Shown one piece after another: positions 55,280 through 64,000 of a stretch of DNA of 64,000 nt (position 1 is the stretch's first letter; each line of letters opens with the position of its first letter). The stretch lies in the NCBI GenBank assembly GCA_036735545.1, contig DAINOD010000007.1, forward strand, positions 2,972-66,971, given 5' to 3'. Made by a program: the position numbers and the translations under genes. The notes beneath the pieces were generated by a model. That model did no database searches and had not been told where the DNA came from. It saw only the letters and a program-made list of their open reading frames with translations. The stretch is from Rubrimonas sp. GTDB taxonomy: Bacteria > Pseudomonadota > Alphaproteobacteria > Rhodobacterales > Rhodobacteraceae.

Positions 55280-56770
55280 CTAATCCCGCTTCCGCGCTGC
55301 GCGGCGGCGTTCCGACCAGACGGACCACAGCAGCAAGCCGGCCGCCGCCAGCAGAAACGAGGCGGCGACCGGCCGGGTCAGGAATGGCTCGAAGCTGCCC
55401 CCCGACATCATCAGCCCCGTGCGCAGCCTCGCCTCGGCCAATGGCGCCAGCACGAAGCCGATGACGAAGGGGCCGAGGGGGAAACCGGTTCGCTCCATCA
55501 CGAACCCGACCAGACCGAACGCGAGCATGACCCAGACGTCGAAGATGCTGTTGTCGGCGCCGAACGCGCCGAGCACGCAGAATACGGCGATTACCGGCAG
55601 CATGAATTCGCGTGGTATCTTGGTGATCCGGACGACCAGACCCACCGACGCGCTCATGATGACATACATCAGCAGCGTGGACACGAGGCAGGCGGCGATC
55701 ATCGCCCAGACGACGTCGGCGTTGGTGATGAACAGCATCGGTCCGGGCTGGATCGAGTGCAGCATCAGCGCCCCGATCAGGATGGCGTCGATCACCGATC
55801 CGGGGATACCCATGGCGATCAGCGGGATCAGGGCGCCGCCGACCGTCGCGCTGTTGGCCGCTTCGGAGGCGACGATCCCCTCCTCCGAGCCCTTCCCGAA
55901 GGCCTCGGGCCGGTTGGAGACGTTGCGGGCGACAGTGTAGGCCACGACCGATCCCACCGAGGCCCCGACGCCCGGCAGCAGGCCGATCCACGTGCCGATC
56001 GCCGACGAGCGGATCAGGTTCACGCAGTGCCGCCGATAGTCCGAGAGCGACATCAGGATGCCGCGCCGCGAGCCTTCCATGTGCTCGACCGGCCTACGGA
56101 TCTCGACGATCTCCTTGATGATCTGGCTGACCGCGAAGATCCCGATCAGCACCGGCAGCAGCTTCAGGCCGCTGTTGAGCTGGTGGAAGTCCCAGGTCAG
56201 CCGGAGCTGTCCCGCCGAAGGGTCCACGCCCGGCATCGAGACCAGCATCCCGAACAGGCCGGCGAGCAGCCCCTTGATCAGCGCGCCCTGGCTGACCGAG
56301 GCGATCAGAACCATCGCCATCATCACCAGCGCGAAGATCTCGAAGGGGCCGAAGCGGGTGGCCCACAGGGACAGCGGCTTGGCGAGGAGGAACAGCGCGA
56401 GCCATGCGACGAGACCGCCGACCAGCGATGCGCCGATCCCCAGCCCCAGCGCCCGCCCCGGCTGACCCGCCTTGGCCATGGGGTGGCCGTCGAAGATGGT
56501 CATGATGTTCGACGGCGTGCCCGGCATCCGCAGCAACGTGGCGGTGATCAGGCCGCCGGCGATGGCCCCGGTATACATCGACACCAGCAGGATGACGGCA
56601 TGGGTCGTGGGCATGTAGTAGGTGAGCGGAATGGTCAGCGCGATGAGCATCGCGCCGTTGAGCCCCGGCACCGCACCCACCACGATCCCGAGAAAGACCC
56701 CGAGCGCGGTGTAGAAGAACGGCAGCGGCGTCAGGATCAGCAGGAGCGCGTCGCCGAGTTCGCCCAGCAC
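55280..56770 (-). CDS. tctA: TTT large permease TctA (second system)
   Basis: ORF 55280..56770. GAVPGLNGAMLIALTIPLTYYM and RMPGTPSNIMTIFDGHPMAKAGQPG are TctA signatures. Confidence 0.9.
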   Translation of the reverse strand: MLGELGDALLLILTPLPFFYTALGVFLGIVVGAVPGLNGAMLIALTIPLTYYMPTTHAVILLVSMYTGAIAGGLITATLLRMPGTPSNIMTIFDGHPMAKAGQPGRALGLGIGASLVGGLVAWLALFLLAKPLSLWATRFGPFEIFALVMMAMVLIASVSQGALIKGLLAGLFGMLVSMPGVDPSAGQLRLTWDFHQLNSGLKLLPVLIGIFAVSQIIKEIVEIRRPVEHMEGSRRGILMSLSDYRRHCVNLIRSSAIGTWIGLLPGVGASVGSVVAYTVARNVSNRPEAFGKGSEEGIVASEAANSATVGGALIPLIAMGIPGSVIDAILIGALMLHSIQPGPMLFITNADVVWAMIAACLVSTLLMYVIMSASVGLVVRITKIPREFMLPVIAVFCVLGAFGADNSIFDVWVMLAFGLVGFVMERTGFPLGPFVIGFVLAPLAEARLRTGLMMSGGSFEPFLTRPVAASFLLAAAGLLLWSVWSERRRAARKRD

Positions 56771-56771
56771 G

Positions 56772-57245
56772 TCAAAGCCCCGGAAGATCGATGACGAAGA
56801 CGCGGGTGAAGACGTACTGACCGCCGAAGCCGACCACCGCCGCGACCGCCGCCACCCACGGCAGCCGGGTGCGCCGGAAGCCGACGAGAAGACCGATGGT
56901 CAGCACGAGATAGATCGTGGTCATGACGCTGAACGTCGTCACGCGCCACGTCAGCGCGGCAAGGTAGAGCCCGGTCAGGCCGAACACGGCGAGCGCGTCC
57001 AGCCACCGCTCGTCACCGTCCTGCGCACCCCGCTCGCCCCGAATCAGCCGCATCGCCGCGCTGGCGGCGGCGAGCGCTGCCAGCGCGATGATCCCCCAGG
57101 CCGTAGCCCGCGGAACCGGCCCCGACCCCAGGGGCTCGAAGAAGCCCGGCCGGATGCTCGACGCCTCGACAAGCACCGCGCCGGCGAGGATCGCGAACGC
57201 GAGGCACACGAGAAGCTCGTGAAGCGGGTCTATCCTCTTGTCCAC
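56772..57245 (-). CDS. tctB: TTT small membrane protein TctB (second system)
   Basis: ORF 56772..57245. 157 aa, four hydrophobic segments. The stop is 1 nt from the tctA start. Confidence 0.75.
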   Translation of the reverse strand: MDKRIDPLHELLVCLAFAILAGAVLVEASSIRPGFFEPLGSGPVPRATAWGIIALAALAAASAAMRLIRGERGAQDGDERWLDALAVFGLTGLYLAALTWRVTTFSVMTTIYLVLTIGLLVGFRRTRLPWVAAVAAVVGFGGQYVFTRVFVIDLPGL

Positions 57246-57267
57246 GGCGCGGGTCCGGCCGGCGTGT

Positions 57268-58248
57268 TCAGTTGCCGCGCGCCTGTATCGCGATCGGGCT
57301 GATCACGTCCCATGTCCGCTGCAGCGACGCCGCCATGTCCGCCTCGCGCACGAACAGCGGATCGAAGGCCTGCGTATCGCGGAAGGCGCGGACGCGATCG
57401 GTGTCGCCCGCGCGTTCGAGCAGGTCGGCGAAGGCTGCGATGGCGGCCGGGGGCGTGTCCCTGGGCGCGAACCACCAGTTCTCGACGCAATACTCCACGT
57501 CGTGGCCCAGTTCCTTGACCGTGGGCACGTCCGGCAGGCGCGCGAGGCGTTGGGAGCCGGTGTAGGCGAGCGGCCTGATCTGCGCCTCGGGGTTCTCGCT
57601 GCCGTCCGGGAGGCGGGTGAAGTTGAGGACCTCGGCCCCGGACAGAACGGCGACGTCGGTCTGCCCGCCGGTCAGCGCGGTGAAGTTCTCCGCACCCCCG
57701 CCGATCTGCACGAACCGGAAACTGGCTCCGGGAGCGGCGTTCTGGAGGAGAATCCCGCCCATGTGGTTGATCGCGCCGATGTTGACGCCGAACAGCAGCG
57801 AATCCGGCTCGGCCTTCGCCTTCTCCAGCAGCTGGTCGAGGGTTTCGATGCCGCTGTCCTTCCTCACGAGCGGCAGGACGCAGAACGCGCCGGTGGTCGC
57901 GACCGGCGCGAAGTCGCGGAAGCCGAAGTCCATCGCTCCCGTCGCCTCGCCCCCCATCAACGCGATGTGCAGCACGAGGAACGTGTGCCCGTCTGGCTCC
58001 GCGTCCTTGACCTGACGCGCGCCGATCGAGAAATGGCCGCCCACGTTCACGATGTTCATCGGCTGGGAGAGCAGATCGTTCTCCTGGATCGCCGCCTGGT
58101 AGGCGCGGGCCACCTGGTCCGACGTGCCGCCCGGACCGAACGGCACGACCACGCGGACGGGCTTTTCCGGCCAGGCCGAGGCTGGCGCGGCGGCGCAGAG
58201 CGCGGCGACGGCGGCGACGGTGGCGAGCATACGCGACATCGACGACAT
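57268..58248 (-). CDS. tctC: TTT substrate-binding protein TctC/Bug family (second system)
   Basis: Part of ORF 57268..58422. ATG at 58248 after GGGGAGGAAAAC. Signal peptide MLATVAAVAALCAAAPASA. VVVPFGPGGTSDQVARAY hallmark. Confidence 0.85.
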   Translation of the reverse strand: MSSMSRMLATVAAVAALCAAAPASAWPEKPVRVVVPFGPGGTSDQVARAYQAAIQENDLLSQPMNIVNVGGHFSIGARQVKDAEPDGHTFLVLHIALMGGEATGAMDFGFRDFAPVATTGAFCVLPLVRKDSGIETLDQLLEKAKAEPDSLLFGVNIGAINHMGGILLQNAAPGASFRFVQIGGGAENFTALTGGQTDVAVLSGAEVLNFTRLPDGSENPEAQIRPLAYTGSQRLARLPDVPTVKELGHDVEYCVENWWFAPRDTPPAAIAAFADLLERAGDTDRVRAFRDTQAFDPLFVREADMAASLQRTWDVISPIAIQARGN

Positions 58249-58384
58249 GTTTTCCTCCCCGGACTTCTTTGTGTTTTTGGCGGTGCGATTCGAAGATGGC
58301 CGACGGACGGCGTGACGTACGACCAATCGCAGGTTGACCTTCGGCGTCCGCTGGCGCAACCCTTTCCGAAGCTGGAGGAGTTCG

Positions 58385-59878
58385 TTGGCGGATACTGCAG
58401 CCCATCCTGAGCGCCCGAACATCCTGCTGGTGACCGTGGACCAGTGGCCGGGGCGGTTGCTGGGCGTCGCCGGGCACCCGGTCGTCCAGACGCCGACACT
58501 CGACCAAATCGCCGCGAACGGCGTGCGCTTCGCCCGGGCCTATTCCGAGTGCCCGATCTGCATCCCGGCCCGGCGCACGCTGATGACAGGCGCGAACACC
58601 CGGCGGCACGGCGACCGCGTGTTCGGCCCCGTCAACCGCATGCCGGCCCTGCCTACGCTGGCCCAGACCTTCGCCGACGCCGGCTACAGGTGCGAAGCGG
58701 TCGGCAAGCTGCATGTCTATCCGCCGCGCGACCGGATCGGCTTCCACGAGGTCTGGCTGGCCGAGGAAGGGCGGCCGCATCTCGGAACCGTGGACGACCA
58801 CGACCTCTACTTGGCCGACCGCGGCTTTGCCGGGCGGCAGTTCCTGCACGGCATGAACAACAACGACTACGTGCACCGGCCTTGGCACCTGCCGGAGGAC
58901 TGTCACGTCACCAACTGGGCGACGTGGCAGATGTGCCGGGTCATCAAGCGGCGCGATCCGACGCGGCCGTCGTTCTGGCATCTCTCCTACACCCATCCCC
59001 ACCCGCCGCTGACGCCGCTCGAAAGCTACGTCGACTACTATCGCCGCTTCGATCCGCCCGAGGCCGCCTTCGGCGCCTGGTCGCGCGATCCGGCGACCCT
59101 GCCCAGGGCGCTGCAGATGATCCGCGGCTACTGGCGCGAACTGCGGGGGGAGGCCATGGCCGAGGCGCGGCGCGCATTCTACGCGCTGTGCACCCATATC
59201 GATCACCAGCTCCGCGTGGTTCTCGGCACGCTGCGCGAGGAGGGCGTGATGGAGCGCACCCTGCTGATGGTGGTCAGCGACCATGGCGACATGCTTGGCG
59301 ACCACGGGCTGTGGGCGAAACGGACGTTCCACGAGGGTTCGGCCAACGTCCCGTTCCTGCTCGCAGGGGGGCCGGTCCCCCACGGCAGGCTCGACGACCG
59401 GCTGACCGGTCTGCAGGACGTCATGCCGACCTTGCTGGATCTGGCCGGCCTGCGCATCCCCCAGTCCTGCGACGGCCTGCCGGCGCTGGGCGTCCGGCGC
59501 CGGACGACGCTCTACGGCGACTGTCTCGAGGGCGACGGGGCCAGCCGCATGGTCCACGACGGACGCATGAAGCTGATCTGGTATCCCGTCGGCGCCCGCA
59601 TCCAGCTCTTCGACCTGGAGGCCGACCCCGACGAGACCGAGGACCTCGCCGACGATCCCGCCCACGGCGCTTCTCGGGAGCGGCTGGCGGGCGCGCTGGC
59701 GGAGGCGTGCTACGGCGACGACCTCGACCGGGGCTGGGTCGCGGACGGGCGGCTGGTCGGCGAGCCCGCCCGGCCCTACGCGGCGGGACCCGACTTCGGC
59801 TTCAAGGGCCAGCGCGGGCTCCACTATCCCGAACCGCCGCCGCTCGACCCCGGGCGGTCCGTCGGAAGCCCCGGTTGA
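58385..59878 (+). CDS. Cys-type sulfatase (formylglycine family), no signal peptide
   Basis: Part of ORF 58334..59878. TTG at 58385 lies 5 nt after GGAGGA. PNILLVTVDQW..., active-site C-I-P-A-R-R-T-L-M-T-G (CxPxR), SDHGDMLGDHG. Confidence 0.85.
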   Translation: MADTAAHPERPNILLVTVDQWPGRLLGVAGHPVVQTPTLDQIAANGVRFARAYSECPICIPARRTLMTGANTRRHGDRVFGPVNRMPALPTLAQTFADAGYRCEAVGKLHVYPPRDRIGFHEVWLAEEGRPHLGTVDDHDLYLADRGFAGRQFLHGMNNNDYVHRPWHLPEDCHVTNWATWQMCRVIKRRDPTRPSFWHLSYTHPHPPLTPLESYVDYYRRFDPPEAAFGAWSRDPATLPRALQMIRGYWRELRGEAMAEARRAFYALCTHIDHQLRVVLGTLREEGVMERTLLMVVSDHGDMLGDHGLWAKRTFHEGSANVPFLLAGGPVPHGRLDDRLTGLQDVMPTLLDLAGLRIPQSCDGLPALGVRRRTTLYGDCLEGDGASRMVHDGRMKLIWYPVGARIQLFDLEADPDETEDLADDPAHGASRERLAGALAEACYGDDLDRGWVADGRLVGEPARPYAAGPDFGFKGQRGLHYPEPPPLDPGRSVGSPG

Positions 59879-59887
59879 GAGGCGCGG

Positions 59888-61345
59888 ATGACCGAGAGAC
59901 CCAACATCCTGTGGTTCTGCACCGACCAGCAGCGCTGGGACACGATCGGCGCCCTGAACAACCCGCACGTCTCCACGCCGACCATCGACGGCCTCGTCGC
60001 CCGCGGCGTCGCCTTCGAGCGCGCCTACGTCCAGGCGCCCGTATGCACGCCGAGCCGCGCGAGCTTCCTCACCGGCCGCTACCCCTCCAACGTCGGCGTC
60101 GTGCGCAACGGGAACGCCGTCTTTCCCGAGGGGCCGAAGCTCGTGACCGCGCTGCTGCGCGACGCCGGCTACGCCTGCGCCCTGATCGGCAAGCTGCACC
60201 TCGCGTCGGCCTATGGCCGCGTCGAACCGCGGACCGACGACGGCTACGAGGCGTTCCTCTACAGCCACGCCCCGCGCGACGACTGGCGCGAGGGTCACGC
60301 CTACGCCGACTGGGTGCGGGCGAAGGGGGGCGATCTCGGTGCTCTGGCGCGCGATCTCGACGGCGTTCCGGCGGAGATGCACCAGACCACATGGGCCTGC
60401 GAGGCGGCCATCGACTTCGTGACGCAGCGGCGCGACCGGCCGTGGCTGGCCAGCGTCAACGTCTACGACCCGCACCCGCCCTTCAACCCGCCGGCCGCCT
60501 ATCGCGCGATGTTCGACCCGGCGAAGATGCCCGGGCCGCTGTGGCGCCAGAGCGATCTCGCGCAGCAGCGCCGGCTGGCCCCGCTCGACTTCCAGTCCCG
60601 CGTCGCCGACCCGCGCGAACTCGACATCAAGCATCCGATCCTGCCGGCCTCGCCGAGCCACGGTCTGCATACCGAAGACGCCTCGCCCGGCGCGCGCGAC
60701 GCCCACAGCCTCCAGGCGGCCTACTACGCGATGATCAAGCTGATCGACGACCAGCTCGCCCGCGTGATCGCGGCGCTGGAGGCGACCGGTCAGCTCGACC
60801 GCACGGTGATCCTGTTCACCTCCGACCACGGCGAGATGCTGGGGGACCACGGGCTGATCGAGAAGGGCTGCCGCTTCTACGATGGCCTGGTGCGCGTGCC
60901 GATGATCTGGTCCTGTCCCGCGCGCTTCGCGCCGGGGCGCCGCAGCCCGGCGCTCGTCATGGCGCTCGATATCGCGCCCACCCTGCTGGACTTCGCGGGC
61001 GTCGCCGTCCCGCCGGAGATGCAGGGCCGCTCGCTGGCGCCGATGCTGGAGGGTCGCGCGCCGCTGGGGCGCCACCACGACTGGGTGCGGGCCGAGTATC
61101 TCGACGCGCTGGACCTGCCGGACGGCACCATGGCGACGATGTTCTTCGACGGCCGCCACAAGCTCTGCGTCTACCACGGGCACGGCCTCGGCGAGATCTA
61201 CGACCTCGAGAGCGATCCGGGCGAGTTCGACAACCTCTGGGATGACCCCGCGCATGAGGCGCTGAAGCTCGCGCTGATCGGGCGCAGCTTCGACGCCGCG
61301 GTGCTGTCGCTGGACAAGGGGCCGCCCCGGATCGGCCCGATGTAG
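59888..61345 (+). CDS. Cys-type sulfatase (formylglycine family), no signal peptide
   Basis: ORF 59888..61345. PNILWFCTDQQRWD, active-site C-T-P-S-R-A-S-F-L-T-G, TSDHGEMLGDHG. Confidence 0.9.
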   Translation: MTERPNILWFCTDQQRWDTIGALNNPHVSTPTIDGLVARGVAFERAYVQAPVCTPSRASFLTGRYPSNVGVVRNGNAVFPEGPKLVTALLRDAGYACALIGKLHLASAYGRVEPRTDDGYEAFLYSHAPRDDWREGHAYADWVRAKGGDLGALARDLDGVPAEMHQTTWACEAAIDFVTQRRDRPWLASVNVYDPHPPFNPPAAYRAMFDPAKMPGPLWRQSDLAQQRRLAPLDFQSRVADPRELDIKHPILPASPSHGLHTEDASPGARDAHSLQAAYYAMIKLIDDQLARVIAALEATGQLDRTVILFTSDHGEMLGDHGLIEKGCRFYDGLVRVPMIWSCPARFAPGRRSPALVMALDIAPTLLDFAGVAVPPEMQGRSLAPMLEGRAPLGRHHDWVRAEYLDALDLPDGTMATMFFDGRHKLCVYHGHGLGEIYDLESDPGEFDNLWDDPAHEALKLALIGRSFDAAVLSLDKGPPRIGPM

Positions 61346-61350
61346 CGGCG

Positions 61351-62460
61351 TCAGGCGCCGAAGGGGTCGTCCGGCGTCAGGTCGAGGCCGATGCCGGGGC
61401 CCTTGGGGGGCGCGATGCGCCCGTCCTCGACGCGGAACGCGCCCTCGGGGGCCAGCTCCCACAGCCACTGGTGCAGCATGTGATATTCGATCGAGCAGCA
61501 GTTGGGCAGCGCGGCGGCAAGGTGCAGCGACGCGGCGAACAACACGGCGGAGGACGAGGCGTGAAGGGTGCAGGGCAGGTTGAAGGCGTGCGCCAGTTCT
61601 CCGATGCGCCGGCCCTCGCGCACCCCGCCGCAGGCTGCGATGTCGAACTGGACGTAGGCGACGGCGCGCGCCTCGATCAGCCGCCGGAAATAGGGACTCC
61701 ACGCCATGTTCTCGTTGCCGCAGAGCGGTATCGGACTGCGCGCCGCCAGCCACGCCATGCCCTCGACGTCGAACGGCGACACCGGCGCCTCGAAGAACGT
61801 GACGTCATGGGGGGCCAGCGCCTCGGCCAGGCGCCACGCCTCGGCGGCGCTGCGGTTGTAGAGCGCATCGACCATCAGCCCGACGTCGGGGCCGATCGCG
61901 GCGCGTACGGCCGCCACGCGGCGCACGTCCTCGGCGAGCGGCGCGCCCGCCACCTTGATCTTCACGGCGCGGAACCCTTGCGCGACCCAGCCGGCGACCT
62001 CGGCGGCGAGATCGTCAGGCGTCTTGTCGGTTCCGTAGAGCCCGGCGCTGGCGTAGGCGGGTACGGCGTCGTGCACCGCGCCCAGCAGGTCCTTCAGCGG
62101 CAGGCCGAGCAGCTTGGCCTGCAGGTCCATCAGGGCGGTCTCCACCGCGCCCCACGCGGCGGCCACGACGCCGATCCGGCCGCTCATCTCGACGCCGCGC
62201 GCGATCTCCTCGTGCAGCCGCGCCGTGACGGCGAAGGGGTTCTCGCCGCGCAGGCGCGGGGCGATGTCGTCCTCGATGGTCGCGCGGATCGCCTCGGTCG
62301 TGCCGCCGGTGAGCCAGGCTTCGCCGCAGCCGACCCGGCCGTCCGCGCTTTCGACGAAGGCCAGCAACAGGCTCTTGCGGTCCCAGCGCATGCGCGGGTT
62401 CCATGCGACGCCGGGCATCGCCCGCTCTATCGTGCGCACGACGACGCGGGCGATGGTCAT
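61351..62460 (-). CDS. enolase-superfamily enzyme (mandelate racemase/muconate lactonizing family)
   Basis: Part of ORF 61351..62496. Start MTIARVVV at 62460. KIKVAG.. (Lys base), metal-ligand contexts MVDALY, FFEAPV and CGNENM. C-terminal PKGPGIGLDL. Confidence 0.85.
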   Translation of the reverse strand: MTIARVVVRTIERAMPGVAWNPRMRWDRKSLLLAFVESADGRVGCGEAWLTGGTTEAIRATIEDDIAPRLRGENPFAVTARLHEEIARGVEMSGRIGVVAAAWGAVETALMDLQAKLLGLPLKDLLGAVHDAVPAYASAGLYGTDKTPDDLAAEVAGWVAQGFRAVKIKVAGAPLAEDVRRVAAVRAAIGPDVGLMVDALYNRSAAEAWRLAEALAPHDVTFFEAPVSPFDVEGMAWLAARSPIPLCGNENMAWSPYFRRLIEARAVAYVQFDIAACGGVREGRRIGELAHAFNLPCTLHASSSAVLFAASLHLAAALPNCCSIEYHMLHQWLWELAPEGAFRVEDGRIAPPKGPGIGLDLTPDDPFGA

Positions 62461-62528
62461 GGCGTACCTCCTGCGATCTGCCTGAAGGGTAAGCACGGGC
62501 GAGCCGCGAAGACGAGAAGGATCGCCGC

Positions 62529-63863
62529 ATGACGCGGACGTTCGGGGTCACGGTGATGCCGGAATGGGCGCAGGCCGAGGGCGTGGCGGCGGTTCTCGAC
62601 CGGCTGCAGGCGGCCGGCGTGACGGCGGTCGCCACTTCGCCCTACGTCATGGCCGAGGCTGCGCCCGGCGAGGGCGGACGCGAGCCGCCCATCGACGCCG
62701 GCGCAGGCTCGGTCCGGCTGCTCGACCGGCCGCTCTGGGGCAAGCGCGAGCTGTGGTGCCGGACGGCGCCAAGCTTCGCGCCGGACCGCGCGCGCTACGC
62801 CGGCCTGCGCTACCAGCCGCCCGAGCCTGACGCCCTGACGGCCCGCGAAGGCGCCGTCGTCGCGCGGTTCCTGAGCGAGGCGAAGGCGCGGGGCATGGAG
62901 GCGCAGCTGCAGGTGCAGGCGGCGATCCCGCCGGGCTATCGGGTCCAGTTCGGGGCGGACCAGGGCGACGACGAACTGCTGCTACCCGACGGCGGCGCGC
63001 TGCGGCGCCGGGTGGACCGGAACGCGAGCCTCGCAAGCCCCCATGTCCGGGACTATCTCGCGGCGCTGCTCGAGGATCTGGCCGCCGCATACCCGATGGT
63101 CGACGCCATCCGCATCGACTGGCCGGAACATCCGCCCTACACGCTGGAGGCGGCCTTCACCGACTTCTCGCCCCACGCGCGGGCGGCGGCGACGCGCCTC
63201 GGCTACGATGCGCCGCGCCTGCAGGCGGACGCGCAGAATGTCCTCGACGCCCTGCGGGACGGCGCGTCGTCGCTCGACGCGATCCTGGGGCTCGGGGATC
63301 TGCGGCGCTTCAAGGCCGATCTCGTCACGGAGCTGCTGCGCGGCGCCCGCATCGCCCTGCCGCAACCAATACGGCTGATCCCGCAGTCCTTTCCGCCGCC
63401 ATGGTCGCTGATCTCCGGCTTCGACCACGCGCGCGCCGCGGCCGTCGCGGACGGGATCGGCGTCAAGCTCTACACGATGCACTGGCCGATGATGGCCCGG
63501 TTCTGGGCCGAGGCGTTGCCCGGGCGGCCGAACGCCGCCGCCGAGGTCGCCGCGTTCCTCGACATCGGCGGACCCGCGCCGCGCAGCCTCGACGACCTGC
63601 GCTATCCCGAACCCGACGAGCCCCACCCGGTCGGGGCCGAGGCGCAGCGGCGCAAGCTTGAGGCGACGGTCGCGGCGGCGGCCCCCTGCCCGGTCTACGC
63701 CTTCACCCACAGTTATGGGCCGCTCGACGATGTGGTCGCGCGCTTCCGCATCGCCTGGGCCGCGCCGGTCGCCGGGGTGTGGGTCAACCGCTATGGCTAT
63801 CTCTCCGACGCCAAGATCGCGGCGCTCGGAACCGTGGTCAGTGAAGGTCGACCTCCCGCATGA
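62529..63863 (+). CDS. hypothetical protein (444 aa), family not recognised
   Basis: ORF 62529..63863 has protein-like composition and G/C-rich third positions. Alternating beta/alpha-like pattern (VTAVATSPYVM, AIRIDWPEHP, GIGVKLYTMHWP) is suggestive of a TIM-barrel hydrolase-like fold, but this is a guess. Confidence 0.5.
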   Translation: MTRTFGVTVMPEWAQAEGVAAVLDRLQAAGVTAVATSPYVMAEAAPGEGGREPPIDAGAGSVRLLDRPLWGKRELWCRTAPSFAPDRARYAGLRYQPPEPDALTAREGAVVARFLSEAKARGMEAQLQVQAAIPPGYRVQFGADQGDDELLLPDGGALRRRVDRNASLASPHVRDYLAALLEDLAAAYPMVDAIRIDWPEHPPYTLEAAFTDFSPHARAAATRLGYDAPRLQADAQNVLDALRDGASSLDAILGLGDLRRFKADLVTELLRGARIALPQPIRLIPQSFPPPWSLISGFDHARAAAVADGIGVKLYTMHWPMMARFWAEALPGRPNAAAEVAAFLDIGGPAPRSLDDLRYPEPDEPHPVGAEAQRRKLEATVAAAAPCPVYAFTHSYGPLDDVVARFRIAWAAPVAGVWVNRYGYLSDAKIAALGTVVSEGRPPA

Positions 63864-64000
63864 GCCACGGCCCGACCCCGGGATCGACGCCGACGCCGGG
63901 CCGGTCGGCGAGCGCAAGGCCGCCACCGTCGTCCAGCGCGCCGAGGCCGACCAACTCGGTGCGCAGGGGGTTGGGGTTGGCGTCGATCTCCAGCAGCCCG
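63838..64000 (-). CDS. C-terminal end of a second enolase-superfamily (mandelate racemase-like) protein; N-terminus beyond the window
   Basis: Not in the ORF track (runs off the right edge). My reverse translation reads GLLEIDANPNPLRTELVGLGALDDGGGLALADRPGVGVDPGVGPWLMREVDLH-stop (stop at 63838-63840). ..LPDRPGLGVE..-type ending is typical of the family. 26-nt convergent overlap with the preceding gene. Confidence 0.5.
   Translation of the reverse strand, partial: GLLEIDANPNPLRTELVGLGALDDGGGLALADRPGVGVDPGVGPWLMREVDLH

Noticed and set aside
57230-61753. The longest ORF in the window (1507 aa, minus strand).
   Set aside because: Composition is Arg/Gly/Pro/Ala-dominated with no recognisable domain. 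It lies antisense to two sulfatase genes with clear CxPxR and SDHG motifs and out of frame over tctC. This is the typical stop-codon-poor antisense frame of GC-rich DNA.
1-64000. Looked for mobile elements, integrases, tRNA/rRNA genes, CRISPR-cas and classical defence genes (nucleases, helicases, methyltransferases).
   Set aside because: No translation in any frame showed transposase (DDE), tyrosine/serine recombinase, Cas, restriction or helicase motifs that I could recognise. No tRNA-like cloverleaf segment was spotted. Absence is by eye only and should be confirmed with tRNAscan, ISfinder and defence-system HMMs.

Overview
The window is very GC-rich by eye (not computed), alphaproteobacterium-like and densely coding. 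I recognised no rRNA, tRNA, CRISPR array, transposase or integrase. About 55 CDS are supportable. Left to right: (1) a minus-strand glycoconjugate operon (three glycosyltransferases, an ABC exporter, a tandem APH-fold kinase) divergent from a histidine kinase/OmpR-type pair; (2) an S8 protease carrying a 15-Asp tract, divergent from an ECF sigma/anti-sigma pair; (3) a peptide/opine-type ABC importer with an FAD oxidoreductase and a C45 Ntn-hydrolase, next to a GntR regulator and a cupin; (4) a Crp-family regulator with a CpxP/Spy-like periplasmic protein; (5) a ROK regulator with a sugar ABC importer; (6) a TRAP transporter beside decayed IclR and gentisate-dioxygenase fragments; (7) a TTT transporter with an aspartate-dehydrogenase-like gene; (8) the standout locus at 36.3-50.7 kb; (9) a Zn-alcohol dehydrogenase, gene debris including a PhaC stub, and a DUF2459 lipoprotein; (10) a second TTT transporter, two cytoplasmic Cys-type sulfatases, enolase-superfamily enzymes and an unknown protein. 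In the standout locus an alg44-like/alg8-like synthase pair lies divergent from an operon of a NosP-like FIST protein, an H-NOX protein, a 1318-aa hybrid histidine kinase and a LuxR-type regulator. That operon is followed by an algD-like GDP-mannose dehydrogenase, a PMI cupin and an RTX/DUF4114 protein. I read it as a candidate nitric-oxide-gated alginate-like exopolysaccharide system. Many of the longest ORFs in the track are antisense or out-of-frame artefacts of GC-rich DNA. Limits: all family calls rest on motifs recognised by eye and recalled family knowledge, and no search was run. Start codons are provisional, and small-motif coordinates may be off by 1-2 nt.
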